IMG/VR virus record: IMGVR_UViG_3300046370_000598
Coordinates: 1 to 64,000 of that record
Direction: 5' to 3' (one strand)
DNA length: 64,000 nt
DNA from: a virus
Below the pieces are notes generated by a model that worked only from the letters and a program-made list of their open reading frames with translations, was not told the DNA's origin and did not search any database. Positions 23,142 to 32,915 of the stretch are shown in pieces. Position 1 is the first letter of the stretch, and the number at the start of each line of letters is the position of its first letter. Position numbers and translations under genes: made by a program.

Positions 23142-24152
23142 ATGTCTAATGCAGGAAACTTCCAAAACAATCCGCTTTATGCGGATATAACAAAACTCGA
23201 CCATCTATCTCCCCAACCCACGTTTTCTTATAACTGGAACGGTAACGAAGGAAGGTGGGAACCTGCTAGTAATACATCTGGAGTTGGATCTACATCTCTA
23301 GATAATTTAGATGATTTAATATCTGGTTTTATATCTGGATTATCTGGATATAATCCTGGCGGATCTATAGTTTCTGGAAATGTAAATGTATCTGGATTAA
23401 CAGAAGCTATATATGAATTAGCTAGTGGGCTATCAGGTGTAGGAGGCTTTTCTGGAGAAATAAATATATCAGGCCTTAACGAGGCTATATCAGGTCTATC
23501 TGACAAGGTGTCAAACCTATCAGGAATAAATGTAAACCAGGAACCTTCTTTTAAATTATGCACAAAAACTGTAGATCAAAAAATTGAAGAAGATTTTATC
23601 TTAATGGAGAATATACCTGATTCAATAAGATATGGAGAATATTCTGGAGATTGTTATGGTCAAGATAAATCATTAATGGATGATATATTTAATACGTATT
23701 ATGCAAATGGAAGAAACAACCCCAGTTTACCCGAAACAGGCCATCCGAATTATTTTATCTTTCCAGAAGATATTGATCAAAATAGATGCATAGAATCTAA
23801 GGATGCATTTCATACTGATACTCAATATGCCTTAAGATTTGATAACGAAGATGCAAGCTTAATTAATTCTTATGAATTAAAAGATTTCGGTGATTTATAT
23901 GAAAGCGGATTAGCTGAAAGTGTTACAATATATAATGATTCTCCTTACCCAATTCAATTTCACACTTTAGATAAAAATTATACTTTTGGCGAAGAAAATA
24001 TTATTTATTTATACGGAGATACATCTGTAACATTAAGTAGTGATGAAATAAGAAGAGTATATGTAAAAAGACCACATACTATATCAGGATTTAATGTAAA
24101 ATATAGTATAACATATAAAGAGACAGGCGTATCAACAGCTTATAATATATAA
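23142..24152 (+). CDS. Hypothetical, probably virion protein with (I/L/V)SG(L) repeats
   Basis: About 12 SG dipeptides in a 75-aa stretch. Preceded by the GTGTA motif. Confidence 0.6.
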   Translation: MSNAGNFQNNPLYADITKLDHLSPQPTFSYNWNGNEGRWEPASNTSGVGSTSLDNLDDLISGFISGLSGYNPGGSIVSGNVNVSGLTEAIYELASGLSGVGGFSGEINISGLNEAISGLSDKVSNLSGINVNQEPSFKLCTKTVDQKIEEDFILMENIPDSIRYGEYSGDCYGQDKSLMDDIFNTYYANGRNNPSLPETGHPNYFIFPEDIDQNRCIESKDAFHTDTQYALRFDNEDASLINSYELKDFGDLYESGLAESVTIYNDSPYPIQFHTLDKNYTFGEENIIYLYGDTSVTLSSDEIRRVYVKRPHTISGFNVKYSITYKETGVSTAYNI

Positions 24153-24538
24153 TGAAATTTGGAAAAATCAGAGAACCAATTAAAAAAGTTGGCCCAAATC
24201 AATTTGTATTAGGTGATAATCCCTTGCAACCTAATTTATATATCGATTCAAATAAAATCGCTATTCCTGAAAATTTAGAAATTCAAGGAATAGATTTTAG
24301 GGATTACATAACAGGCGCAGCGCTATTAAGTGGAATTTTCAACAACCAAACAGTTGGAAGATATGCTATCGATGAGGCATTTGAACTCAATTCTAACGGG
24401 GACTTAATGCCTACCAATGCAGATAATGTATCAGATACGATGTGGATACTTAAAAACGAAAACGACCTGCAATTAAGAGGTAATCACTGGAGATATAATA
24501 CTGGACCAGATGCCTTTACTGAAGATATATCCTTTTAG
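24152..24538 (+). CDS. Hypothetical protein
   Basis: ORF coupled to the upstream gene by a TAATG overlap. Confidence 0.65.
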   Translation: MKFGKIREPIKKVGPNQFVLGDNPLQPNLYIDSNKIAIPENLEIQGIDFRDYITGAALLSGIFNNQTVGRYAIDEAFELNSNGDLMPTNADNVSDTMWILKNENDLQLRGNHWRYNTGPDAFTEDISF

Positions 24539-24547
24539 TAGTTTTTT

Positions 24548-24552
24548 GTGTA
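24548..24552 (+). promoter_or_regulatory. GTGTA motif (putative phage late promoter)
   Basis: TTTTTTGTGTAATAGATACA-ATG(24562). Confidence 0.6.
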
Positions 24553-24561
24553 ATAGATACA

Positions 24562-27051
24562 ATGGCTACAAGGAATTTAGTACCAAGGAATAGTGGAGAA
24601 GGCAGCGTAGGCAAACTAGATCAAGCCTGGGGGTCTGGAGTATTTGATAATCTATTCGTTAGTGGCTTAGATATATTTGAATCTTTAGATAATGCGATAG
24701 ATCAAGTAAATCCATTTTTATTTTTTCCTGAAGTTCAAAACAATACAGGGCCAATTACAAAACAATATTATAATACTCCTGTTTCTGATATATATTTATC
24801 CGGCGTAACTGTATCCACTGCGGAAGATTTTAGAGTTACTATGAGATGGGATGGTCCTGGCGATGAATATATGGGTGAAGCTAAAATTAATGGGCAAGTT
24901 ATTCCTTTTGAAAATATTCATGAGCTTGGAGAAAAAACAAGAAGGTTTGAGGGATATATAGATAATTTAAATTTTGAAGGGCAAAATAACATAACAGGAG
25001 AAGCTAACGGCAGAATAGCTTTACTCCCACTGATTGAAGTTGGACCTGGCCCAGATCCAGTCAATATCTCTATAGATCCCATAGAAAATGCAACCCCAAA
25101 AGCTGGAGAGCAACTTGGTCAAACACATTTAAAAGAAGGGGACTCTATAAATATATATATTGATTTTGACAGAAATGACATTAATAGAATAAAAATCTTT
25201 GATTATGGATTATCCAAAGAAATTGATTACGCGAACTATCAACTTGAAAACGTAAATGGTATATATAGAGCTTCAATTCCTATAGAAGTTTCAAATAGAC
25301 AGGGAAACCTACCTGTTGCTGTTCAAGCTGTAGATCATTTTGGCGGTACAGGGCAATTAATAGAATCATCTAATTTTAATCATAATAATAACACTAGAAA
25401 TACAGATCAAACCTACCCAATCATAAATGTAGACGAACCAACTCTTTATAACGGTAGAACGGATGGTTTAAGAGAAGGTGAGAGCGTAACTTTTACTAAT
25501 GATATATTTAACTGGGTTAGTGGTATTGATTTAATATCTTATCAAATATTAAGTCCAAAAATATCCATGAACAACACTACTGATTATGAAAGAATAAAAA
25601 CAGTAAGTTATGTAACAGGTGTTTTTAGTGATGAAGATAATATCGAAATTCAAGTTCAAAGGTTAAGTAATGGCGCAACAAAAAAAGAAGGAGTAAATAT
25701 AAAAGTTGCAAATGCTCCGCTTATACTACAAGCAGAGCTAGATACATTCGCTTCTTCTGCAGCTTCGCCAAATATAATAGGAACATCTCAAGTTAAAGCT
25801 GGAGATGTAGTTAACGCAACTATTGTTGTTGATGGAAAAGGTTCCGATATTAATGAAATATCAATATCAGTATTAGATACTGGCTTAAGCGATGGATCAC
25901 AAACAGATTTTAATTTTAATTATAGCAAAACAATACTTTCAGATGGCAGTTTTCAATTTATAGTGCCAATTACAGTATACGGAACTTTCGGCCAGTCAGA
26001 TAGGGACGGCCAACAATCGGCATCTTTAATTATACAAAATTCTTCTGGAACATTGGGTGAATCTTTAACTACGTCAAATACGATCGAAGTGCATAATGGA
26101 ACAGTACCTATTATAAATGTCTCTTCGATAAATTATCCAATAAATCAACAAGCGATTAAACAAAATGAATCGGTAACTGTATCCCATACGATTACTCAAA
26201 ACGACCTCGTCGAATACTCATCAATAAATGGAGAGTTATCTATAAGTGACCCAACAGTATACAACACTTCTAAGTCTATAAATTATTCTTCAGGATCTTA
26301 CAATATAGACATAGATGGTGGTCAAAATAATTTAAAAATATCCGCAACTAGATTGCAAAACGGTGCAGTCGTAGAACAAGATTTAATAGTTAATATAGCT
26401 AATCAAGCATTATCAGCGAATATAAATGGCTTAATACAAAGCCTGCAAACTCTCTCTGGTCAAGATAATAGTGATAATTTTTATTTATCAACTAACCAAC
26501 TAATGCTTGAAGCTCCAAGTTTAAATGTAGACCCAAATCAATTAAACCCATCTGAGGTAACTTCTACTGCATCTGGAACAGGTAAATTGAGTAATGCTTA
26601 CACATTAACAGTCAAAGAGCAAGATAGTAAAGGCACATTCACTTTTTCATTTTTAGCTAAAAATTTAGCTGGAGTAGAAACAACAGTTATATCTTCAAGC
26701 CCAAATTATTCACTAGAAGGTTTTGCCGAAAGAACAGTTTTCGCACTCCCTACTGACCTTGCAGCAGGTTTAATTTTTATTGGTACTCAAGTTTCCAATC
26801 CGAATAATCTATCAGTAGAGAATGTTTCTGAAGGTGGAGGTGGTGCTAATGGCGGAACATACTATACCTACAAAGCGTTGACCGTGGGTACTCAATTAGA
26901 TAATTTAATTAACCACAACAATCAATTTACGGTTTGCGACGAAAATGGATTAGTTGATCCTTCTGGATCTTATTTATTTAATTTGGATAGAAATAATAGA
27001 TCCGCGAACACATCCACGGAAAATCCTAGTCCATTTATAATTTCAGAATAA
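24562..27051 (+). CDS. Beta-rich virion structural protein (Ig-like repeats probable)
   Basis: 829 aa, rich in S/T/N/I. Internal duplication (KEGDSIN../KAGDVVN.. and YNGRTDGLREGESVT../YPINQQAIKQNESVT..). Confidence 0.55.
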   Translation: MATRNLVPRNSGEGSVGKLDQAWGSGVFDNLFVSGLDIFESLDNAIDQVNPFLFFPEVQNNTGPITKQYYNTPVSDIYLSGVTVSTAEDFRVTMRWDGPGDEYMGEAKINGQVIPFENIHELGEKTRRFEGYIDNLNFEGQNNITGEANGRIALLPLIEVGPGPDPVNISIDPIENATPKAGEQLGQTHLKEGDSINIYIDFDRNDINRIKIFDYGLSKEIDYANYQLENVNGIYRASIPIEVSNRQGNLPVAVQAVDHFGGTGQLIESSNFNHNNNTRNTDQTYPIINVDEPTLYNGRTDGLREGESVTFTNDIFNWVSGIDLISYQILSPKISMNNTTDYERIKTVSYVTGVFSDEDNIEIQVQRLSNGATKKEGVNIKVANAPLILQAELDTFASSAASPNIIGTSQVKAGDVVNATIVVDGKGSDINEISISVLDTGLSDGSQTDFNFNYSKTILSDGSFQFIVPITVYGTFGQSDRDGQQSASLIIQNSSGTLGESLTTSNTIEVHNGTVPIINVSSINYPINQQAIKQNESVTVSHTITQNDLVEYSSINGELSISDPTVYNTSKSINYSSGSYNIDIDGGQNNLKISATRLQNGAVVEQDLIVNIANQALSANINGLIQSLQTLSGQDNSDNFYLSTNQLMLEAPSLNVDPNQLNPSEVTSTASGTGKLSNAYTLTVKEQDSKGTFTFSFLAKNLAGVETTVISSSPNYSLEGFAERTVFALPTDLAAGLIFIGTQVSNPNNLSVENVSEGGGGANGGTYYTYKALTVGTQLDNLINHNNQFTVCDENGLVDPSGSYLFNLDRNNRSANTSTENPSPFIISE

Positions 27052-27240
27052 CTAAAGGGCGTCATAATCAGCCTTACTACAAAACTTAGTTAATTTAGTT
27101 CCATCATCGTCAACACTCTTAAATGCATACCTAACAACTTTAATTCCTTTTTTTGAAACTTTTGGATATTCATGTTTTGTAACCTCAGACTTTTTTATCT
27201 TAACTTTTTCTTTTTTCTTTACATTGTAGAATTCTATCAT
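27052..27240 (-). CDS. Small basic hypothetical protein
   Basis: 62-aa Lys-rich ORF with TATAAT just upstream. Confidence 0.6.
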   Translation of the reverse strand: MIEFYNVKKKEKVKIKKSEVTKHEYPKVSKKGIKVVRYAFKSVDDDGTKLTKFCSKADYDAL

Positions 27241-27257
27241 AATACTATTATAAATAA

Positions 27258-27884
27258 TTATTCATATTTTTCTTGATTTTTTGTAATTTGTTCAAAAATA
27301 CTATTTTGATTTTCTTCGTTACAATAATACCATTTATACATTAGATCATCTTCGATTTTTTTAATTTTATTTTCTAAATCTGAAATTGCTTGTTCTAGTT
27401 CTTGCATATAAGTGAAAGATAAATTTTCTAAAGTTACATCTAATTCTATCGCTGCCTTGAATATACCCCAAAAATCTCCCTCTTTTTTACCCTTAACAGC
27501 TTCGTAGTATAATTCTTTTCTTTCTTCTATTTCATTCTCTGAAAGATCTTTTGTTTTATCTGGGTGAGTAGATTTAACTATTTCTCTATATAAGTTTTTG
27601 ATTTCGTCGCTATCAACATTATCTTGCTTTTTATTTTCTTTTTTGTTTTCATTTTTATCTTCTAATGGCGGGTGAATTTTTCTTTCAGAACAGTATCTAA
27701 ACATATTACTTATAAATTGACTCTGCGCTATAGAAAAAACTTCTCTAACATCTTCATACTCAGCATCAATATATAAAGCTTTATGTTTTAATTTTTTAAA
27801 CTTTTTTTGAAGAATTTTTTGATTTGAATTGGTATTTAAATGTTTAGACAATTGATTTTCATTGCAATTTTCTTTGTTTTTCAT
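27258..27884 (-). CDS. J-domain (DnaJ-like) protein (start revised to ATG 27884)
   Basis: EIKNLYREIVKSTHPDK, helix II plus the HPD motif, flanked by coiled coils. Confidence 0.7.
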   Translation of the reverse strand: MKNKENCNENQLSKHLNTNSNQKILQKKFKKLKHKALYIDAEYEDVREVFSIAQSQFISNMFRYCSERKIHPPLEDKNENKKENKKQDNVDSDEIKNLYREIVKSTHPDKTKDLSENEIEERKELYYEAVKGKKEGDFWGIFKAAIELDVTLENLSFTYMQELEQAISDLENKIKKIEDDLMYKWYYCNEENQNSIFEQITKNQEKYE

Positions 27885-27895
27885 ATATATATATT

Positions 27896-27900
27896 TACAC
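27896..27900 (-). promoter_or_regulatory. GTGTA motif (putative phage late promoter)
   Basis: GTGTAAATATATATAT-ATG(27884), directly after the terminator U-tract. Confidence 0.6.
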
Positions 27901-27926
27901 AAAAAAGGCGACCCAATTGGGCCGCC
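27901..27926 (-). terminator. Rho-independent terminator
   Basis: Minus strand GGCGGCCC-AATT-GGGTCGCC-TTTTTT, downstream of the 805-aa gene. Confidence 0.85.
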
Positions 27927-27952
27927 AGAAGATAAATTATATCTTTACTCGA

Positions 27953-30370
27953 TTAGTTTGAAGCCATAACTATCAATTTGTAATCAGTAGCGTTATTTGC
28001 TCCTCCATTGCTAGGAATATCATCAGAGAATACGAATGTCGCTTCTGTATTACTTGCCGAAGTAAGTTGTACAGCTATAATAGCGTCATTAGCACCAGCC
28101 TTTAAGATTCCAACGACCGCAGGAGTCACACCTTGCTCGAATGGGTTCGTAAAGGTAACTGTTTTACTTTCGTCGGTAGTCAATAAATCAACTTCTTCGA
28201 TTCTGGTGATCTGTTGCTTAGAATTAAGTTGTTCAACTTGACCGTGAAGACTAGAAACGTCGCTATCAAGATCATCAACATCACCTACACGCTGAGCTTG
28301 AAGGCTAGAAACGTCGCTGTCAAGATCATCAACATCGCTTACGCGTTGAGCTTGAAGACTAGAAACGTCGCTGTCAAGATCATCAACATCGCTTACGCGT
28401 TGAGCTTGAAGACTAGAAACGTCGCTGTCAAGATCATCAACATCGCTTACGCGTTGAGCTTGAAGGCTAGAAACGTCGCTGTCAAGATCGTCAACATCGC
28501 TTACGCGTTGAGCTTGAAGGCTAGAAACGTCGCTATTTAATCCATCGTTTTCAGTAGTTGCGTCTGCAGCTAAACTTGAGATGTCGCTATCGATATCTAA
28601 GTCCTTCTCTCCTCTTGCAACAGCAAGACTAGAAACGTCGCTATCAAGATCATCAATATCGCTTACGCGTTGAGCTTGAAGACTAGAAACGTCGCTATCA
28701 AGATCGTCAATATCGCTTACGCGTTGAGCTTGAAGGCTAGAAACATCGCTGTCAAGATCATCAACATCGCTTACGCGTTGAGCTTGAAGGCTAGAAACGT
28801 CGCTATTTAATCCTTCGTTTCCAGTAGTTGTGTTTGCAGCTAAACTTGAGATGTCGCTATCGATATCTAAGTCCTTCTCTCCTCTTGCAGCAGCAAGGCT
28901 AGAAACGTCGCTGTCAAGATCATCAACATCGCTTACGCGCTGAGCTTGAAGGCTAGAAACATCACTGTCAAGATCATCAACATCGCTTACGCGCTGAGCT
29001 TGAAGGCTAGAAACATCACTGTCAAGATCATCAATATCGCTTACGCGTTGAGCTTGAAGACTAGAAACATCGCTATTTAATCCTTTATTTCCACTACCTG
29101 TTTCTGCAGCTAAACTTGAGATGTCGCTATCGAAATCAATATCTCTCAAATGAAGACTTGAAATTTCACTATCTGTGTCAGCTTCATCTATGTTTCTTTG
29201 TGATTGAAGACTAGAAATCTCATTAGACAATCCAGTATTTCCACTTCCGATGTCAGCAACTAAACTTGAGATGTCGCTAATTATAATACCAGTATCACTA
29301 CTTGTATTTGCAGCAAGACTAGAAACGTCGCTGTCAAGATCGTTAACATCGCTTACGCGTTGAGCTTGAAGGCTAGAAACGTCGCTGTCAAGATCATCAA
29401 CATCGCTTACGCGTTGAGCTTGAAGACTAGAAACGTCGCTGTCAAGATCGTCAACATCGCTTACGCGTTGAGCTTGAAGACTAGAAACGTCGCTGTCAAG
29501 ATCATCAACATCGCTTACGCGTTGAGCTTGAAGGCTAGAAACGTCGCTGTCAAGATCATCAACATCGCTTACGCGTTGAGCTTGAAGGCTAGAAACGTCG
29601 CTATTTAGTCCATCGTTTCCAGTAGTTGTGTTTGCAGCCAAACTTGAGATGTCGCTATCGATATCTAAATCCTTCTCTCCTCTTGCAGCAGCAAGACTAG
29701 AAACGTCGCTGTCAAGATCGTTAACATCGCTTACGCGTTGAGCTTGAAGGCTAGAAACGTCGCTGTCAAGATCGTCAACATCGCTTACGCGTTGAGCTTG
29801 AAGGCTAGAAACGTCGCTGTCAAGATCGTCAACATCGCTTACGCGTTGAGCTTGAAGACTAGAAACGTCGCTGTCAAGATCATCAACATCGCTTACGCGT
29901 TGAGCTTGAAGGCTAGAAACGTCGCTGTCAAGATCATCAACATCGCTTACGCGTTGAGCTTGAAGGCTAGAAACGTCGCTATTTAATCCATCGTTTTCAG
30001 TAGTTGCGTCTGCAGCTAAACTTGAGATGTCGCTATCGATATCTAAGTCCTTCTCTCCTCTTGCAACAGCAAGACTAGAAACGTCGCTGTCAAGATCATC
30101 AATATCGCTTACGCGTTGAGCTTGAAGACTAGAAACGTCGCTGTCAAGATCATCAACATCGCTTACGCGCTGAGCTTGAAGGCTAGAAACGTCACTATCA
30201 AGAGCTTTTTCTTCAGCAGCTAAACTTGAGATGTCGCTATGATAATCATCGGTTGAGGCAACTACTTGATCGTTTTTATTCTTAAAAACTAAGTTGCCGT
30301 TTTCTGTGGCAGTTAAGCGGATATTGTCCCCATTAACTGATAATTCCTCGGTGCGGAATATTTTTGCCAT
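27953..30370 (-). CDS. Acidic coiled-coil fibre protein with 18-aa repeats and C-terminal H-type-lectin-like beta domain
   Basis: 23 copies of DVSSLQAQRVSD(V/I)DDLDS plus variant units. C-terminal VTFTNPF...PAVV...FVFSD domain. Confidence 0.7.
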   Translation of the reverse strand: MAKIFRTEELSVNGDNIRLTATENGNLVFKNKNDQVVASTDDYHSDISSLAAEEKALDSDVSSLQAQRVSDVDDLDSDVSSLQAQRVSDIDDLDSDVSSLAVARGEKDLDIDSDISSLAADATTENDGLNSDVSSLQAQRVSDVDDLDSDVSSLQAQRVSDVDDLDSDVSSLQAQRVSDVDDLDSDVSSLQAQRVSDVDDLDSDVSSLQAQRVSDVNDLDSDVSSLAAARGEKDLDIDSDISSLAANTTTGNDGLNSDVSSLQAQRVSDVDDLDSDVSSLQAQRVSDVDDLDSDVSSLQAQRVSDVDDLDSDVSSLQAQRVSDVDDLDSDVSSLQAQRVSDVNDLDSDVSSLAANTSSDTGIIISDISSLVADIGSGNTGLSNEISSLQSQRNIDEADTDSEISSLHLRDIDFDSDISSLAAETGSGNKGLNSDVSSLQAQRVSDIDDLDSDVSSLQAQRVSDVDDLDSDVSSLQAQRVSDVDDLDSDVSSLAAARGEKDLDIDSDISSLAANTTTGNEGLNSDVSSLQAQRVSDVDDLDSDVSSLQAQRVSDIDDLDSDVSSLQAQRVSDIDDLDSDVSSLAVARGEKDLDIDSDISSLAADATTENDGLNSDVSSLQAQRVSDVDDLDSDVSSLQAQRVSDVDDLDSDVSSLQAQRVSDVDDLDSDVSSLQAQRVSDVDDLDSDVSSLQAQRVGDVDDLDSDVSSLHGQVEQLNSKQQITRIEEVDLLTTDESKTVTFTNPFEQGVTPAVVGILKAGANDAIIAVQLTSASNTEATFVFSDDIPSNGGANNATDYKLIVMASN
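28245..30240 (-). repeat. 54-bp coding tandem repeat array with higher-order A(n)-B-C blocks
   Basis: Unit GCTGTCAAGATCATCAACATCGCTTACGCGTTGAGCTTGAAG(A/G)CTAGAAACGTC on the + strand. Confidence 0.95.
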
Positions 30371-30380
30371 TACTTATATA

Positions 30381-30385
30381 TACAT
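30381..30385 (-). promoter_or_regulatory. ATGTA variant of the GTGTA motif
   Basis: ATGTATATATAAGTA-ATG(30370), same 15-nt offset as other copies. Confidence 0.4.
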
Positions 30386-30432
30386 TAAATTTCCCACGTT
30401 TGGGAATAAAAAAACGGCTAAAAGTATGATTA

Positions 30433-30648
30433 TTACTGGGTTTTTTGATTATTTTTATTCATCATTTGTTGATGAATTTCTAATTGTTTTTTATCAATTT
30501 GTTTATTTTTTTGATGTTCTTGAATCTCTTCTTCAGTTGGGATATGTTCTGGAATTTTGAAATTATTTCTATTTAATTGCTGATGTCCCTCTGGAACCTT
30601 ATTACCAACAATTAGATCTGGTTTTATTTTTAAATATTCTTCTTTCAT
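30433..30648 (-). CDS. Small hypothetical protein
   Basis: 71-aa ORF 2 nt downstream of the previous gene in the operon. Confidence 0.55.
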   Translation of the reverse strand: MKEEYLKIKPDLIVGNKVPEGHQQLNRNNFKIPEHIPTEEEIQEHQKNKQIDKKQLEIHQQMMNKNNQKTQ

Positions 30649-30650
30649 GA

Positions 30651-31649
30651 TTATCCTAATACTCGCATAACTTTTGGGTTAGTGAATGAATCTAACTTTA
30701 ATCCATTAGCCACAATATTAAAGTTTGTATTTTCTTCCATCAAACTATCGCCCATTGACATTTGTATGGGTGCGTATCCAATGGCGTAATCACTCCATCC
30801 TGATGCGACCATCTGCCTAAAAGAGGTTATAGTACCACTATTTGGAGAAAATTGATCATACTTACCCCCAGTTATACTCCAGGATATTGACATGTCAGAA
30901 ATGCTATCCCAGTCAGGTTTATATAATATTACTTTAAAATAAAATGCCCCGTTATTATCCCATAGAGGAGAAAGAAATTCGGAGTAACCCGCAGTTTCTG
31001 ATGCGCTTGAAGTAGTACTAGTTATTCCGATATTAGCCCAAACGGAAGGTTGAGCTAAAGTTATTGTATGACTTAAATTTGAAGGGTAAAATTGATTCGG
31101 AGTAGTTAATGCATTCATTGTTAAACTTACATTTCCAATATAAGGTTTCTTATATATCATTATATTATTATCATAAACATTAGTTCCATTATACCAATGG
31201 TAATTCCACGAATCGAAACTGTAATTCGTTCCAATACCTCGATTAGTTACTAAGTTAACATTAGAACCGGTTAAATTATAAGTTGGCCTAATAGGGGAGT
31301 TGTTTAAAATAGTTGCTTGATACTCACTTGCAAGACTATTTAGATTAATGTAGTAACTTCCACCGTCTCTCGTTATAACCGTCGGGGCTTCGTCCCAGTC
31401 TTGCCCCCCGAAACTTTGCGTCAGATAAGGTTTTTGATTATCATAAAATTTTTGTACAGCGTAAGTGCTCCATATACTTTTATTGCCAGCTATAGTATCT
31501 CCTGGTTGAGCATCTCCAGCGCTCCAACTATATTGATATTGCCAGCCAACTCCATGCCCATCATTTGGATCTAAATCTAATTGAACATCAGATACATAAT
31601 TACCATTAAATATCACATGTTGAATATCATATCTATTTACACTAACCAT
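30651..31649 (-). CDS. Hypothetical, probably virion-associated beta-rich protein
   Basis: Rich in aromatic residues, Asn and Ser. Located in the fibre operon. Confidence 0.55.
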   Translation of the reverse strand: MVSVNRYDIQHVIFNGNYVSDVQLDLDPNDGHGVGWQYQYSWSAGDAQPGDTIAGNKSIWSTYAVQKFYDNQKPYLTQSFGGQDWDEAPTVITRDGGSYYINLNSLASEYQATILNNSPIRPTYNLTGSNVNLVTNRGIGTNYSFDSWNYHWYNGTNVYDNNIMIYKKPYIGNVSLTMNALTTPNQFYPSNLSHTITLAQPSVWANIGITSTTSSASETAGYSEFLSPLWDNNGAFYFKVILYKPDWDSISDMSISWSITGGKYDQFSPNSGTITSFRQMVASGWSDYAIGYAPIQMSMGDSLMEENTNFNIVANGLKLDSFTNPKVMRVLG

Positions 31650-31650
31650 A

Positions 31651-32910
31651 TTAAATAGAATTTATGTAAAGTATGTTTCCACTTAATGTAACAGTTACTC
31701 CTGGAGTTCCATTATTTCCCTTGGGTCCTTGAGGTCCTTGAGGTCCAGTCGCCCCTGTAGCTCCTGTGCCTGCAGGGCCCTGAGGTCCAGTCGCCCCCGT
31801 ATTACCAGTATTACCTTTTGGCCCTTGAGGTCCAGTCGCCCCTGTATTACCAGTATTACCTTTTGGCCCTTGAGGTCCTTGAGGTCCTTGAGGTCCTTGA
31901 GGTCCAGTTGCTCCAGTTGCTCCAGCATCCCCTTTTGCTCCGTTAGACCCAATAATACCATCATTACCTTTGTCTACCATTAATTCCCAGCCAATTCCTG
32001 AGTCTGTGGGGTAAGCTCCAATTATTGGATCTGCATTTATATTCTGAGTAGAAATGTAAACCCTACCTTGATATTTAACCATCTCTCCGGAAGAATAGTT
32101 TTGATTAATGTCCCAATCACCTTTCCAGTTATCAGATAACGATCTACCTCCTCCGCCAATCTCATTCCATTCGCTTCCAGGGTCTGTAGGGTAATGACCC
32201 ATAACTGGATCAGGATTTATATGACTAGCAGCTATATAAGTTTTTCCTGCGTGCTTAACTATATCTCCTGGCTCGTAATTTGAATAAACATCTAAATCTG
32301 ACTTCCAACTACCGGAAGATCCCCCTAAAGAATCCCAACCCATACCAGGAGATGTGGGATAGGCAGGCATTGTGGGGTCACCTAAAACATTTCTATTGGC
32401 GATATAATTTTTTTCTTGATATCTTACTATTTCTCCAGGCGTATAATTTTGATTAACATCCCAATCGCCCTTCCAAGTACCAGAGCTTGCTCCTCCACCA
32501 AGTTCACGCCAATTACTTCCAGGGTCTGTAGGGTAATGACCCATAACTGGGTCGGAATTTATACTATCAGAAGCGATATAAGTTTTGCCCGAGTGTTCAA
32601 CTATATCCCCTGAATTATAATTAGCGTAAACATCTAAATTACCTTTCCAACCACCAGAGCTTGCTCCGCCACCAAGTTCATCCCAATTACTTCCAGGATC
32701 TGTAGGGTAATGACCCACAGCTGGATCAGAGTTTATATTATCAGAGGCTATATAAGTTTTACCTGCGTACTTAACTATATCACCTTTAGTGTAATTAGAG
32801 TAAACATCTAAGTCTCCTTTCCAGCCGGCAGTTTCTTCTTTTATAGCTGCCGCTTTTCCGTTAACACTTAAGTTTTTAAAATCCGCGTTTTCTACTGAGA
32901 ATGGTTTCAT
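31651..32910 (-). CDS. Fibre protein with five CBM5/12-like repeats and a collagen-like tail
   Basis: Five copies of WKG(D/N)(L/W)D...NY..G(D/E).V.(Y/H).G..YI......P....YPT..G..W, followed by about 30 Gly-X-Y triplets. Confidence 0.8.
   Translation of the reverse strand: MKPFSVENADFKNLSVNGKAAAIKEETAGWKGDLDVYSNYTKGDIVKYAGKTYIASDNINSDPAVGHYPTDPGSNWDELGGGASSGGWKGNLDVYANYNSGDIVEHSGKTYIASDSINSDPVMGHYPTDPGSNWRELGGGASSGTWKGDWDVNQNYTPGEIVRYQEKNYIANRNVLGDPTMPAYPTSPGMGWDSLGGSSGSWKSDLDVYSNYEPGDIVKHAGKTYIAASHINPDPVMGHYPTDPGSEWNEIGGGGRSLSDNWKGDWDINQNYSSGEMVKYQGRVYISTQNINADPIIGAYPTDSGIGWELMVDKGNDGIIGSNGAKGDAGATGATGPQGPQGPQGPQGPKGNTGNTGATGPQGPKGNTGNTGATGPQGPAGTGATGATGPQGPQGPKGNNGTPGVTVTLSGNILYINSI
31700..31970 (-). 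repeat. Collagen-coding repeats (9-bp units and a 45-bp tandem duplication)
   Basis: TTGAGGTCC tandem units. [15 protein letters not shown] occurs twice. Confidence 0.85.
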
Positions 32911-32915
32911 TTTTA

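Noticed and set aside
28245-30240. CRISPR or ncRNA interpretation of the 54-bp array
   Set aside because: The units are contiguous with no unique spacers, and variation is mostly synonymous in the minus-strand ORF.
28008-30560. Plus-strand ORFs (28008, 28214, 29360, 29738, 30294)
   Set aside because: These are antisense shadows of the repeat gene.
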